Shown here: positions 1 to 11,492 of the stretch, one piece after another
Layout: every line of letters begins with the position of its first letter
Position numbering within the stretch: position 1 is the first letter of the stretch
Assembly: GCA_002104905.1 (NCBI GenBank)
Contig: MCFE01000490.1
Location: forward strand, 3,042-67,041
From: Basidiobolus meristosporus CBS 931.73
Lineage: Eukaryota > Fungi > Basidiobolomycota
Length of the DNA stretch: 64,000 bases
Direction of reading: 5' to 3'
Program-made: the position numbers and the translations under genes
The notes under the pieces: generated by a model
What the model saw: the letters and a program-made list of their open reading frames with translations, nothing else
Database searches by the model: none
What the model was told of the DNA's origin: nothing

Positions 1-685
1 CAGGGCAACTGCTTCGGTATTCAACACCAAGTTCCTGACTATTGCATTTACATGGCTATTTCCATACTAGAATGCGTAGTGACATCAAGCTATTACTATC
101 AACCAACAGCAGATTCCACATATATTTGTATCACATTTACAGCGATAACCATGATTTGTTCAGCTACGCAAGAACTGCCTACATTATGCAAGCACTTATT
201 AGTCTCCTGCCACGCATCATCCTTCCAATTCCTACCAGCCACTCCGGGCTTGGTAATCAAGAGGATAAACAAATTGCCACGAGCTTTGAGGCTGTTTGCC
301 AAGACCAAGAACAATATCTGGTAGATTGGACTGATTGGCAGTATATGCATCCTATACTACTTAAGGTCAGTCACAACCGAGTACCTTTGTGGTTCGACAT
401 GTTACGTATATATATATATCTGAATACGATCCATAATATAATTAGTATGATTACTAATGGAACGGTGGGTTGGATAAATTAGCCAATTTAAGCTTGGAGC
501 ATCGAATGCATGTCTATTTAGGCTTTTTTAATCGGGTAAACCCCCATATTCCATTTGAGGAAGGCTGGCGCACCGAATATCTGGGTTCTTGCTAAACTGG
601 CGCTACTAACGCAATTTTGAGTTTGTTGCAAAACCTAAACTTCTATAAAACGGTAAGGCAATCTTGGGTTTACTTCAATCCAACC

Positions 686-1840
686 ATGAAGTTTTCTTTC
701 TCTTTTTCTCTATCTGTTGCCATCGCATCACTTCTTCCTTCCGAGTCGGGTGCCAAGCCATGGTATTTAAAGAGGGAAGAAGCTGAGCTTCAACGACTTT
801 ACAAAGATACCCTTGCCGAAGGTGGCATGATAACCGTCTATGCTGGAGGAGATCTACCGAATGCAGGTGCGGATGTGGTCAAAGCATTCGAAAGCAAGTT
901 TCCGGGGACTACCCTCAATATTACTACTGATCTTAGCAAGTACCATAATGTGTTGATTGACTCCCAGCTTGCTAAGGGCGGGGATGCTTTGGAGCCTGAT
1001 GTCACCCACTTGCAAACATTACATGATTTCCCTCGCTGGAAAGCACAAGGAGCCTTGTTAAAGTAAGTTTCTAATCACCCGTGGAGATGACAGAATGAGT
1101 CCTCATAGTTTAATAGGTACAAACCCATCGGTTTTAAACACACTTATGCTCCGTACAAAGACAAGGAAGGATACTACTGGGCGACCAACGTGTTTTACTT
1201 CACCAACCTTATCAGTAACACTATTACTGGTAAGAAACAGCCGATTGAAGCTAGAGATTACTTGAACCCAAAACTCAAAGGAGGAAAAATCATCTATACC
1301 TATCCCCACGATGATGATGCGGTCCTCTATCAATTCATGCAACTAATCAAGCAGAATGGCCTCAAGTGGTTCAAGGCCTTCCTTGCCCAACAGCCACTCG
1401 TTGTGCGTGGAACCGGAACTCCTGCATTCTACATCAACAACGGAACATCCTTGGCCAGCTTTACAACCAGTGGTTCTTTGACACCGATTAAAGGAGCCAA
1501 AAGCACCACCATTGTTCCCAAGAAAACCTTCTTCCAATCTTGGGCGCAAACAGGAGCCATCTTCAAAAAGGCGAAGCATCCAGCTGGTGCAAAGCTCTAT
1601 GTCAGCTGGTTGACGTCTTATGATGTGCAAAAGAACCTTATGTCCGATACTTGGTCTCCAAGAACGGATGTTCCACCACCAGCAGGACTGAAGCCTATCT
1701 GGAAGATCAAGAACACTGACCCCCTCGGTTTCCGCGATTATATGTTAAACCGAGCTCAGGTAGAAAAAGATATGAAATTCATGAGAAAGTATATTGGCCC
1801 AGTTGTAGGAAAGTCACCATTAGACTTGGAATACAGCTAA
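686..1840 (+). CDS. Secreted periplasmic-binding-protein type 2 (bacterial ABC Fe3+/thiamine/polyamine substrate-binding-like) protein, 2 exons, ~366 aa
   Basis: ATG at 686 gives signal peptide MKFSFSFSLSVAIASLLPSESGA. Intron 1063-1116 (GTAAGT...TAATAG) joins ORFs 617-1066 and 1190-1840 in frame (...GALLK/YKPIGF...). Motifs ITVYAGGD, YTYPHDDDAVLY and AIFKKAKHPAGAKLYVSWL match the PBP2 Fe3+-binding-like family. Confidence 0.85.
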
Positions 1841-4587
1841 ATACCATGCTGCTGTGAACTCAAATAGTACTTCTAGTTTATCGTTGACTGAAATTGCTAT
1901 TCTTTTAATAAACCACTGTACTTTTGAGATCTATTTATTTATAGCTGCCAGTTTGTGTTTGTGTATATCAGATATAATATTAAATCAAAAGCTTCGATCA
2001 GATAACGAGGTGACTATTTTCCATACTCATTTCTTCAAGGACCTTGGCCATCAATACCTGGAAAGTAAGCAAGAAGGCGGAAGCCGCTATATCTACCGAG
2101 AACAAGCATCTGGCCAAAGCTTCCCCTAAGGCCCATTTGTCTACACCCACTTACCTTTCATATTAGTTTTTACTGCTTTATAAGGTTACTCCATGGGATT
2201 TAGGTGATCTAATATAGAACAGGGATGTGTTATGAAAAGATGTGTGGCAGGTATTTTCAGTATGCCCAAAACTCGAGCTAAGAATAAACCCATAGGAAGG
2301 TGGGATATTCATTTTTTCCACGAATGTGGTTGGACCCACCTGATACAAGGAAGGGAGTATTCTCATTGAAATATATACATGTTGGCCTTACATACTGAAT
2401 AATATATGATGGTTTCGATTACCTGCACCATCACCAGCAAACATTGGCACTTTCACGCACAAATCAAGTTATACGGTTGTGCATCCTTTTCGCACCGGAT
2501 CCCAGGACTTCAGGCCTATGGTCATTGCTCCACTCATTATGGCTTTAGTTGGAAAACAACCCGATGGAAACTCGGAAATACCTACCAGCGTGCCGTATGG
2601 CATTGCATGGTCATAAAAAACAAACGCATAAAAATCGATTTCCGGAAATTTTCACTCCAATTGTTTCTCGCGTGATACTTTCGGTCAGTGCCAAGAATAT
2701 GGCAGATTTAGCAGCTAGCTCCTGTGTCTCGGGCAAGCCCCCTTTGTGGGTACCACTACCACGCTCAATAAAGATTTGCTATCTTACCGGATTCTGGCTG
2801 AAACCTGGTATTATAAGCAGTGTTCTTATCACCACCTTTTGTGAGCCGTTACATGCTCGGTGGCACGTGCCCCTAGATTCACTTGTTATCAGTTACGAAA
2901 TGCGTGAAAAAGCAAGCGTGCCAACTAAATACATGCATCTACGGCCTTAAAAGCAATCTTGATTTAATCGGATCTCATCTATTCACATCTTGCTAGGTAA
3001 TTTGTACTGGAATCGGTTGACTTTGACTTGTTATGGAGAAGCGATTGGATCCACTACCACCAAACGCTGACACCATTACCTTCCATGGATTGATTGTCAC
3101 TGTAATAGCAAACAACATGAAACGGGAATACTTATACAAATATTACGTGTGTGTATAATCGATGTACTTCTAAATTCCAAACGCATCCACAATGGCTAGT
3201 ATGAAGATTTTGAGGTTATGTTATGCCCGGTGTGTTTATCAACATAAGCCTCCTTTGTATTATTGCTCTCTTTACACATCACGCCCCATGCGTATGACTA
3301 CAACTTACTTAGATGCCATGAATGACTTTGCGCGTCCAGGTTCACTTGCTTAAATCAACCACTTTCTTACGTTTGCTCGATCTTTACTCCATAAACCAAC
3401 AACTTTCTTATGTTTGCTTAACTTTTTCTCCATAAGCTAATCACTTGATTGCAAAATATAGGATTTTCAGAATGCTGATAGAAATGGATGTGGGATGTAC
3501 ACAATAGGTGGATTGGGCAAAAAATGCGATGTAAGCCAATAGGCACTTGTGTGCTATATATAAGCCCACGGCAAACTGAGTATATTTGCTGAGCCAGAGG
3601 TGATATAAATACCATCACAGAGCAGTATCCCTGAGAGATGACTAACGGATAAAATCCGATTTGTAGAAAAATCAAGCTAGAATTGATTAACAGATGTTCT
3701 ACGAAGGATCCTATTGGGCTTTTAAAACTTCGCCATCTTTTCCATCCGACAATCCTTGACTGCTTAATGACGACTTAATATTGTTTTGGGTTATGTGTGC
3801 AAAACTTGGGGTTGACAGACGACACTGGGATGATCGTCTAGCAAAAAGTAATTAACGATGAAGAAATTCGTACCACTCTTACTTATCCCAGCTTAGCTCA
3901 AAAACTTGTTCAATGCCACGCACACTGAGGTGTTCAACAATTCTCAATAATTAAAACGACAAACAATGATTCAGCGCAATGATCGTACAACAGAAGATTC
4001 TTGTCTTAGGTAGGGCTGAGCTATCTGGTTGAGCCATGGCTAATTCATGGCTACACCATCGGATTCTCGAATCATTTGATTTCTCCAGGTGAACATATAT
4101 GGAAGTCCATAGGCCATTGGACCGTGAAATTAACACAAACCACCGCTTATCCTCAAATCGCAGGACCATTGCTTGTTACGCCTATATCGTAGGAACACCA
4201 ACCTCACTGATCCCCAAACATTTCCAGGCCCTTGCAGCTCGTTGATGCTAACGAAACTATATCGATTATTTCCGAAGATTGTCCTGAGACTTTGGTTGAA
4301 CGTGAGGTGATTGATTAATTGGAAGTAACCGATATTGCCGATCGCGCTGATTGGATGGCTCCACATTGTACTCGCTCATTGATGTATGATGGCCAAAAGC
4401 GTTGCCATTTCGATGATGGAGGTGACTGGAAGCGGAGGTGCTCGAATTAGTAGATTTGGGTTTTAGCAGCTCTCTGCATTTGCAACTGAACCAATGTTTA
4501 ATCTGTATCACACTGAGACTCCATATATAATGATACGTTTCCTCCAACCACGCACACCTTTCCTTTCCACCTGCTTCACCACGTTTG

Positions 4588-5529
4588 ATGGCTGCGTTAA
4601 TATTCATTCCACTCGCCCATTATGTAGTGGGGGTGTGTTTTGGGATGACAGTGGTCGTTGCTATATCATTTGCTTTTGTACGGGGTTGGCGCACCTCTGG
4701 GATTGTCTCCCACCGCATACTGTACTTTGTGGCACTGTTTAACTTTGTGTACGCGCAGGTCAAGATAGTCCAGATGAACGGCGCCCACGACAATCGATGC
4801 GTCGTTGCTGAGAATCTTTCGGTATTTTTCTATCACGGAAGCAACACCCTCCAGTACATCTACTATGTGACTCGATACAGAGAGGTGTATGGGGGAATGT
4901 GGTCGCTAGCCCTCCCCGTTTTTGTGATAATTGTGTATGCAGCGGGCATTCCATTGAGCATCATATTGAATGAAACCGCGATCGCCGCCGACGGTTCCTG
5001 TTCAGTCATCCATCCTCCAATATCCTCCTTTTTACCATTAACTGCCTCTTTCATGGTGTCGGTCTATATGTTGATCATGTTTCTGGCACCATTTGTTAAG
5101 CAGTGCATGCTACCCAGTGAAGACCGTAATCCCCAGCTTGTGTTCGTTGCTCGCAACTTATTTATTACCAATACGATTGCCATCTGCTTCAATATTTTCT
5201 TCAATCTCTCCCTGATCACTCCCCTAGAACAATATGCGCCCTTGCTCTCCATGGTGGACCTAACCATCAACTATCTGATGGTTTGCCTACCGTACTTCCT
5301 GACCCGCCTTTGCACCGCCCGCGGAAACTCATTCCGTTGGACGGCCGAGAACCAACACGACAGAGAGACCACCCTTCACCAGAGCGATCATTGCGAAGGC
5401 GGGGCTTCCAAGTATCATCACAGTGAGTATGGTCACCAGTTCCCGAATTCTTCTAGCCGTAAGTCATCCGACGAAAACGGGGTCATACCACTGGTCGCCG
5501 TCCACAAATTTCATTCTCATTTAGGATAG
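4588..5529 (+). CDS. Orphan seven-transmembrane (GPCR-like) protein, intronless, 313 aa
   Basis: About 7 hydrophobic segments followed by a hydrophilic Ser/His-rich C-tail. Cys at the start of TM3 (NRCVV), Cys in loop 2 (DGSCSV), and TRY at the end of TM3. Confidence 0.65.
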   Translation: MAALIFIPLAHYVVGVCFGMTVVVAISFAFVRGWRTSGIVSHRILYFVALFNFVYAQVKIVQMNGAHDNRCVVAENLSVFFYHGSNTLQYIYYVTRYREVYGGMWSLALPVFVIIVYAAGIPLSIILNETAIAADGSCSVIHPPISSFLPLTASFMVSVYMLIMFLAPFVKQCMLPSEDRNPQLVFVARNLFITNTIAICFNIFFNLSLITPLEQYAPLLSMVDLTINYLMVCLPYFLTRLCTARGNSFRWTAENQHDRETTLHQSDHCEGGASKYHHSEYGHQFPNSSSRKSSDENGVIPLVAVHKFHSHLG

Positions 5530-5750
5530 AAATATCACCAAACATGTACTATTACCTAACCATTCCATGTGTACTGTAGTAACCCTAACCCTTTGCTAAT
5601 ATAAATGGATTCTTGAAACCAACACCTCAGCACACCCATACGAGGAAATTAGTGGAATTTATTAATTGTTTAGTAGCTATTATTGTAAATAAAGCAAAAT
5701 CTCTGAAGCATAGGCGCTCTACGCTACTAAATGGTGCTCGGTGCGCGACC

Positions 5751-6908
5751 TTAATTAAGCTGAACACCTTGGAAATTTAGCTTAGTATGGTAGATCTCGG
5801 TTTCAGATAGGATGAACAAATCGTTTTTGGCGAAGACAAGATTGGCACAACGGACGGTGTTGATTTTGCCGAGAAGTGTACCTTGAGGGGAGTACACATT
5901 CACACCATCTCCAGATCCGACATACACGTTACCTCTGACGTCAAGCTTAATTCCGTCAGGGATGCCAGTATCACTCATAGCAAAGACTCTGCGGTTGGTG
6001 AGGAACACGCTGCCATCCACCTTGCGGCTGACATCGTAGGAATACACGGTGTGGGGTCTCTTAACATCGGTTTGGCCCACGCCAGTGGTGAATCCGGTAT
6101 CGGAGATGTAGGCGATTTTCTCGTCTGGCGAGAATTGGAAGCCATTTGGCTTGACGAAGCCATCGGCCACTAAACGGACATCTCCAGTTTTGGGATCCCA
6201 ACGGTAAACAAAGTCACCCAACTGTGGCTGTTCACGGAACTTCTGCTCGAAGCCGTAAGAGGGATCAGTAAACCAGAATGATCCATCCTTGCGGGAAACG
6301 GCAACATCGTTCAATGAGTTGAATTTAAGCCCGAAGAAGTTGTTCAAGAGGATCTTGGTCTCGTAGGTCTCGGGATCCATGGAGTAAATGGCAGCGCCGA
6401 TGCTTCCCTTTCCTTGGCCGACAATAATGGCCTTGCCGTTGTAGAAGGTGCCACCGTTGGGAAGGTGGATGTCCACGCTAGGAGTTACTTTGCTGACTTC
6501 GAAAGTCTCCACACTCATCTTGTATACATCGGCGTACTGTTCGGTACCGGAGGTGTCTCCTAGGCGGTTGCTGGTAAACATGATTTCGTTGGTCTTTGGC
6601 ACGTAGATACCGGCCTCGTGGGCAAAAGCAAAGTCCTTCTCAGCAACAAGAGTAAGAGTAGCGTTGGTGCCAATGATATCATAAAATCCCTTGTTGTATA
6701 CGATGAAAGCAGCCTCTCCGGACTCGGCTAAGGTTTTGTTTCCAACCTTTGTCTTGGAGAATGGCTCACCAACCTCTCTAGAGAAAGGCTCGGACAACAC
6801 GTTGTAGTCGGGGCCAATTTCAATGACTTTGGAGTTGCTCTTGGCGTGAACGACAACTGCGGAAGCCGTGACGGCGAGAGAAATTAAAAAGCTGCTAAAC
6901 CCGCGCAT
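5751..6908 (-). CDS. Secreted SMP-30/gluconolactonase/LRE-family (six-bladed propeller) lactonase, 385 aa
   Basis: Start MRGFSSFLISLAVTASAVVVHA (signal peptide) at 6908. Motifs FAHEAG, PNG, SLNDV, WFTDPSYG, PNGFQFSPDEKIAYISDTG, PDGIKLDVRGNVYVG. No introns. Confidence 0.9.
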   Translation of the reverse strand: MRGFSSFLISLAVTASAVVVHAKSNSKVIEIGPDYNVLSEPFSREVGEPFSKTKVGNKTLAESGEAAFIVYNKGFYDIIGTNATLTLVAEKDFAFAHEAGIYVPKTNEIMFTSNRLGDTSGTEQYADVYKMSVETFEVSKVTPSVDIHLPNGGTFYNGKAIIVGQGKGSIGAAIYSMDPETYETKILLNNFFGLKFNSLNDVAVSRKDGSFWFTDPSYGFEQKFREQPQLGDFVYRWDPKTGDVRLVADGFVKPNGFQFSPDEKIAYISDTGFTTGVGQTDVKRPHTVYSYDVSRKVDGSVFLTNRRVFAMSDTGIPDGIKLDVRGNVYVGSGDGVNVYSPQGTLLGKINTVRCANLVFAKNDLFILSETEIYHTKLNFQGVQLN

Positions 6909-7933
6909 TATGAAAGAGAAGATTTTGTAGGGTACGCCGTGGATCAGGAGGCTATTTATCCTCCCCAAGGTGACACCAAGCAGTGTGGTGCCACATTTCA
7001 TTGACCTGAATATAAACGCTCAATGAGGTTGAGCATCGAAAGTGGCAAGTGCTGTAACATCAACAATTTTTTTACTCCCATCGATCAAATTGGACGTTTT
7101 GTATTGCTTCATTCCATTGAATAAGAAGCCAATTTTAGGCTCGCTCGCTCATGCAGGCTTAATATGATAAGATGGCCATTTTCTTCCTTCAGCCGTTTTC
7201 CACAGGCTAAGGTACTATTGGCAAGTACACCTCATCGCGACATCCCAATCAAGGAATTCTCTCCAGTCGCCCAATAGTAAATTTAATCTTGCTTACTTGT
7301 TTACTTGTCGACATGCGATCTTGCATTTCGTGACATTGGTACCACAACTCTAGCTTTTATAACCTTGGCCATCATATGATCCTGGCAGAAATATGTTCTG
7401 AGAACCTTGTACGCAAGCTGTGGTAAATAGACATGCCGAGTCGATTGCCTAATCTGGTTTAACCACCAACCTAGTCAAACTAGATTAATATAACCCACTT
7501 GGAGCTGATTCTAGAATAATGGGGAATGATTTAACCTAATTACGAACATCGATTAACTACGTAATTAGGTCATGTTGGCAGATTTGTTGGATACTTTCCA
7601 CTGGTTCAAACTGCAGCTCCCGCTCGGTCTAGGCCACCCATCTGCGGTACAGGCTTGAACTTCAATGACCTATTACACATTGACAGCTCCATGCTAATCA
7701 ATGTCCTATTATCTTGTATATCTTTTCTCGGGTAGGCAAGGCCAGTATCTCCAGTCCAACTGACCAATCAACATTCTTGGTATACAAGTTCTTGGGTAGC
7801 GAAGATCCACCTGGAACATTCATTGAAGTATGGCGAGGAATCCGAGTTTCGAATATTCAGCCATACCAGACGGTCAAATATATATATATATACATTACCA
7901 GCGAGGATTCTTGGTATTTACAACTTAACTACA

Positions 7934-9715
7934 ATGGCCAAAGCGAAGAAAGACTCCAAGGTTGGAAAGGACGAGGAAGCTATCCCGAATACAACCACCC
8001 GTCTCCTTAGATTCATACTGCCTATTGCCATAGCTGCGTTTAGTCTTACCATATGGTTCCCCACGATATTTGAAAATGACAGGGGCCTTTCCCAAGACAA
8101 CTTCTCTGAACCCATCACAAGAGTGGTAAGTGATCGGTAAGGCTCCGCCGTTTATTCGGTCCCTATCTAATCGCAATTCTAGCCAAAAGGACCCATCGGT
8201 GATTCTCACAGTGAATATGACACGTTAAACCAATTGAACAATGATCTCAGCTCTCATTTGAGGACGTTGATTCGAACACCCTTCTTCAGTCATTACAAGT
8301 TGAACTTGTACAAGCAATGCCCCTTCTGGACTGTGGGCGGATTGTGTACCCAGAGAGACTGTGCGGTAGAGATTCTTGATGAAGTAAGAGGCACCCTACT
8401 TCTCTTTATGTCAGGGCTTAGCTCCTAAACCTTTTATTACTCTTTAGAACCAAGTTCCCGAGGAACTTCGCAAGAAGCTCAGTGCTATAGACTTTTCACC
8501 AGCCTCTATGGTAAGTCTTATCTCTGCATATGATATCCAAAGCCAGAGGAACCAACAGTCGTTTGTCTAGGGATTCAAGCCACTCAAGAAATGTGAGTAT
8601 TCCGATAAAGATTTCTGTCTAGTTGAATCCGAGGATTCAGAAGGTAAGACCCAAATGGTACATAGATCTACTACCTACAACAATTCTAAGACCGCTTTTA
8701 CGCACACAGATGGAGTCTATGTGAATCTGGCCAATAACCCCGAGCGCTTTACTGGATATTCCGGAGAATCGGCCAATCGAATTTGGCAGTCGATCTATGA
8801 GGAGAATTGCTTCAAGAGTGACAGCAAGCATGACCACATCAGCCATATGGACAACGCCCTTACTCCAAGTGGAAGCGAGGATCCGGACACCTGTTTGGAG
8901 AAACGTGTCTTCTATAGATTGGTATCGGGACTCCACGCATCGATCTCTGTTCACGTCTGCGACGAATTCTACAACAAAACCACGGGTGAATGGGTAATGG
9001 CATACACACTATGGTGGAGAGCGCGGCCTTTAACTAACCATCCATTTCAGGGACACAACATGCCTTGCTACCACTACCGCGTTGGAAAGTTCCCTGAGCG
9101 TATCGAGAACGTGTACTTCAACTATGCCCTGCTCCTCAGAGCCGTCAACAAGATGTCCAACTACTTGAATATGTACGACTTTTGTAGCGGCGACAAACAA
9201 ACTGACGACGAAGTGAAGGTAACTGGCCGTCAGAACATTGTTCTTTTATACGTTGATTCTTACCCACCCCTCCAAGGATTTGGTGAACAACGTTGTGTCA
9301 CTGACCTCATCCTGTCCTCCGACTTTCAACGAAAAGGCCTTTTTCAACGATCCTCGCTCACGCGTCTTGAAGGAAGAGTTCAGAGATCATTTCCGAAACG
9401 TTTCAAGGATCATGGACTGTGTAGGCTGCGAGAAGTGCCGTCTATGGGGCAAGATCCAGACCTCCGGCCTAGGCACCGCACTCAAAGTACTCTTCTCATA
9501 TGATGACCGTAAATTCACGTAAGTGCCGGTTGATTTCCCTCCCCGACTTTTGTCTCACCTCCGATTCTTTTGGCTTTAGCGGTAAATCCACCACCGATAT
9601 CCTCCAGCGCTCCGAGATAGTCGCGCTGTTCAACACCTTCAACCGATTCTCGGAGTCGGTCGAAGCAATCCAGCGCTTCCAATCGATGTACCCAGACTAC
9701 CCTCACCTGCAATAA
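7934..9715 (+). CDS. ERO1: Endoplasmic oxidoreductin-1, multi-exon
   Basis: Spliced exons give [11 protein letters not shown]...C...[30 protein letters not shown] and the hallmark [30 protein letters not shown]. First intron starts at 8126; stop TAA 9713-9715. Inner exon edges are approximate. Confidence 0.95.
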
Positions 9716-9938
9716 CCCCCACTCATTCCCCTCACCGGCATTTCCATCATCGGTATTCGTTAGTGTTTCGCGCAGACGCCGCGCTATTCTCTAATTTGAT
9801 GTAATTTTATTCCCTTTACTATAATAACAATACCATAACGGCACAAATCGTGATGTAGAATACAATATTAGCTAGACTGATTGGTAATTGGAGCCGTCGG
9901 AAGGACCAAGCGAACTCGACTTTTGTTGCTGGAGAGAT

Positions 9939-10643
9939 CTATCGAAGAATGGGTGGGAGTGGTGTTTTAGGGATGACCGGGTCACGGCGAGATCTCAGTG
10001 GATCAAATAGCAATAGGCTGGATTGGTTCGAGGAGATGTCGTGTGAAGTGTTGTTGTATTTGGGCACTTCATAGTCTTGTACTGTAATCATCGGCAACGC
10101 CTCCTCTTCACCATCTCCCGCCTGGATATGGAAGACAAGCTCTTCGCTGGATGCCTGGCTGGAAAGATTCGATTGAAGGGACGATTCATCCGAAGCCTCC
10201 ATCTCTTCAGTGCTGTCAGCTAATTTGCTCAAGGCAAGGAAAAGATCATCAGCCAGGGTTGCGTTGTTCGGAGGCTCCTCACGCTCCTGCAGCCAACCAA
10301 CTGGCGGAGATCCGGGAGGCGATACCAGCCATAGCTTCTCATTATCCGGAAGCTTTAGCATGTTCTCCGTGGGTTCAGATGTGGTGTAATTATACTCGGA
10401 AAAGTATATTTTCATTTCCTCGCCAAGGAAAATGGTACCGTTTAGTTCGAGCTTGCACTGTAGCGCATGCTCTATGCTTTCGAAACTAACTAGCAGTCTA
10501 GAGAAAGATTTTATCTGGGCGTAGTTCGTCACCGCTCCGTGCACTTCTATGGAGCTTTGGAGGTTCGAAAAATTCTCTTCCAGGAAGGCGTCTTTGGCCA
10601 AATTGGTAAAGATCAGCGTGTTCGTGAGGTCGTAAGAGGACAT
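9939..10643 (-). CDS. RCN1: Calcipressin / regulator of calcineurin
   Basis: N-terminal RRM-like region (IKSFSRLLVSF), the WLVSPPGSPPVGW SP motif, a PxIxIT-like PMITVQD and C-terminal PKTPLPP. Confidence 0.92.
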   Translation of the reverse strand: MSSYDLTNTLIFTNLAKDAFLEENFSNLQSSIEVHGAVTNYAQIKSFSRLLVSFESIEHALQCKLELNGTIFLGEEMKIYFSEYNYTTSEPTENMLKLPDNEKLWLVSPPGSPPVGWLQEREEPPNNATLADDLFLALSKLADSTEEMEASDESSLQSNLSSQASSEELVFHIQAGDGEEEALPMITVQDYEVPKYNNTSHDISSNQSSLLLFDPLRSRRDPVIPKTPLPPILR

Positions 10644-11492
10644 TTGTGTAGTGCTGGAGGCAAAGGGAGAGTGTTAAATTAAGATGTTCCAGTACCTCGC
10701 TTTTGCTGAAGAGCTTGGTTGATTTGAAGCATTTATGCAAATCAAATTCTGACTGATAACTTAAGCAACATCCAATTACCATAGATCCATCAGAGCTGCG
10801 CCGCACTGGAATAAGCGCCAGCAAAATCCAGCACCACTACCGCAAGTGTTGCAAGTAGCGCAAGCACTCTATGATGATGCCAAGTGCGCAGTATGTGGAG
10901 GAAAATAAAGTATTCCACAAACATATCAATGCATCCCAATACCCATTTAATCCATAGAACTGGTGGTGATGATTCTTTTGCTCAGACCAGATAGATAGCA
11001 AGGTCATTTGATGGATACGATTGCTTGATTCAGCTATGTGGGAACTTTGCCCACGAATTAACACAAAGACTCGGAACAACACCCAACATCATAGGCCATG
11101 AAAGCGTTTGCCAGCTTAAAATAGAATGACGGAAAAATCGGTAATATCACATGAGAAATGGACACGAAAAAAAGTCGCTGCCAATGGAGTTGGCTCACAT
11201 ATCGCATCGACCAACAAACAAATGTTTCGTATCACTTTGTTCATAGTGATTTGTTTGAGCAGATATTCTTTCTCTGCTTCCAAATTGGTAGGAATCCACC
11301 GACCCCCTATTAAGACTTGTGACTTCTAAGTTATATAATATTTCGATGGCATGTTGATGTTTAAAAAAGTCAATCTCCCCGGAATAAGGGCCGGCCTTTT
11401 AAATATCTGCTCCAATTTATTTGGCCATAATTGTATCGCTAGACTTGTGCTGCTCCAACTTTTCGCCAGCAGTAGGCTCGTGTTAATTAGCC

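Noticed and set aside
42-482. Overlapping ORFs at the window start
   Set aside because: No recognisable motif, and the frames overlap with stops. It could be the tail of a gene or relic outside the window, but I cannot support a call.
1850-4500. Short ORFs and splice-like signals in the long intergenic stretch (e.g. 2549-2950, 3960-4450)
   Set aside because: The exon joins I tried hit stops, and no family motif was found.
5580-5592. TAACCCTAACCCT telomere-like repeat
   Set aside because: Only two units, in a 3' intergenic gap; expected by chance.
7877-7893. (TA)n tract upstream of ERO1 (another at ~407-420)
   Set aside because: Ordinary short microsatellite or AT-rich promoter sequence.
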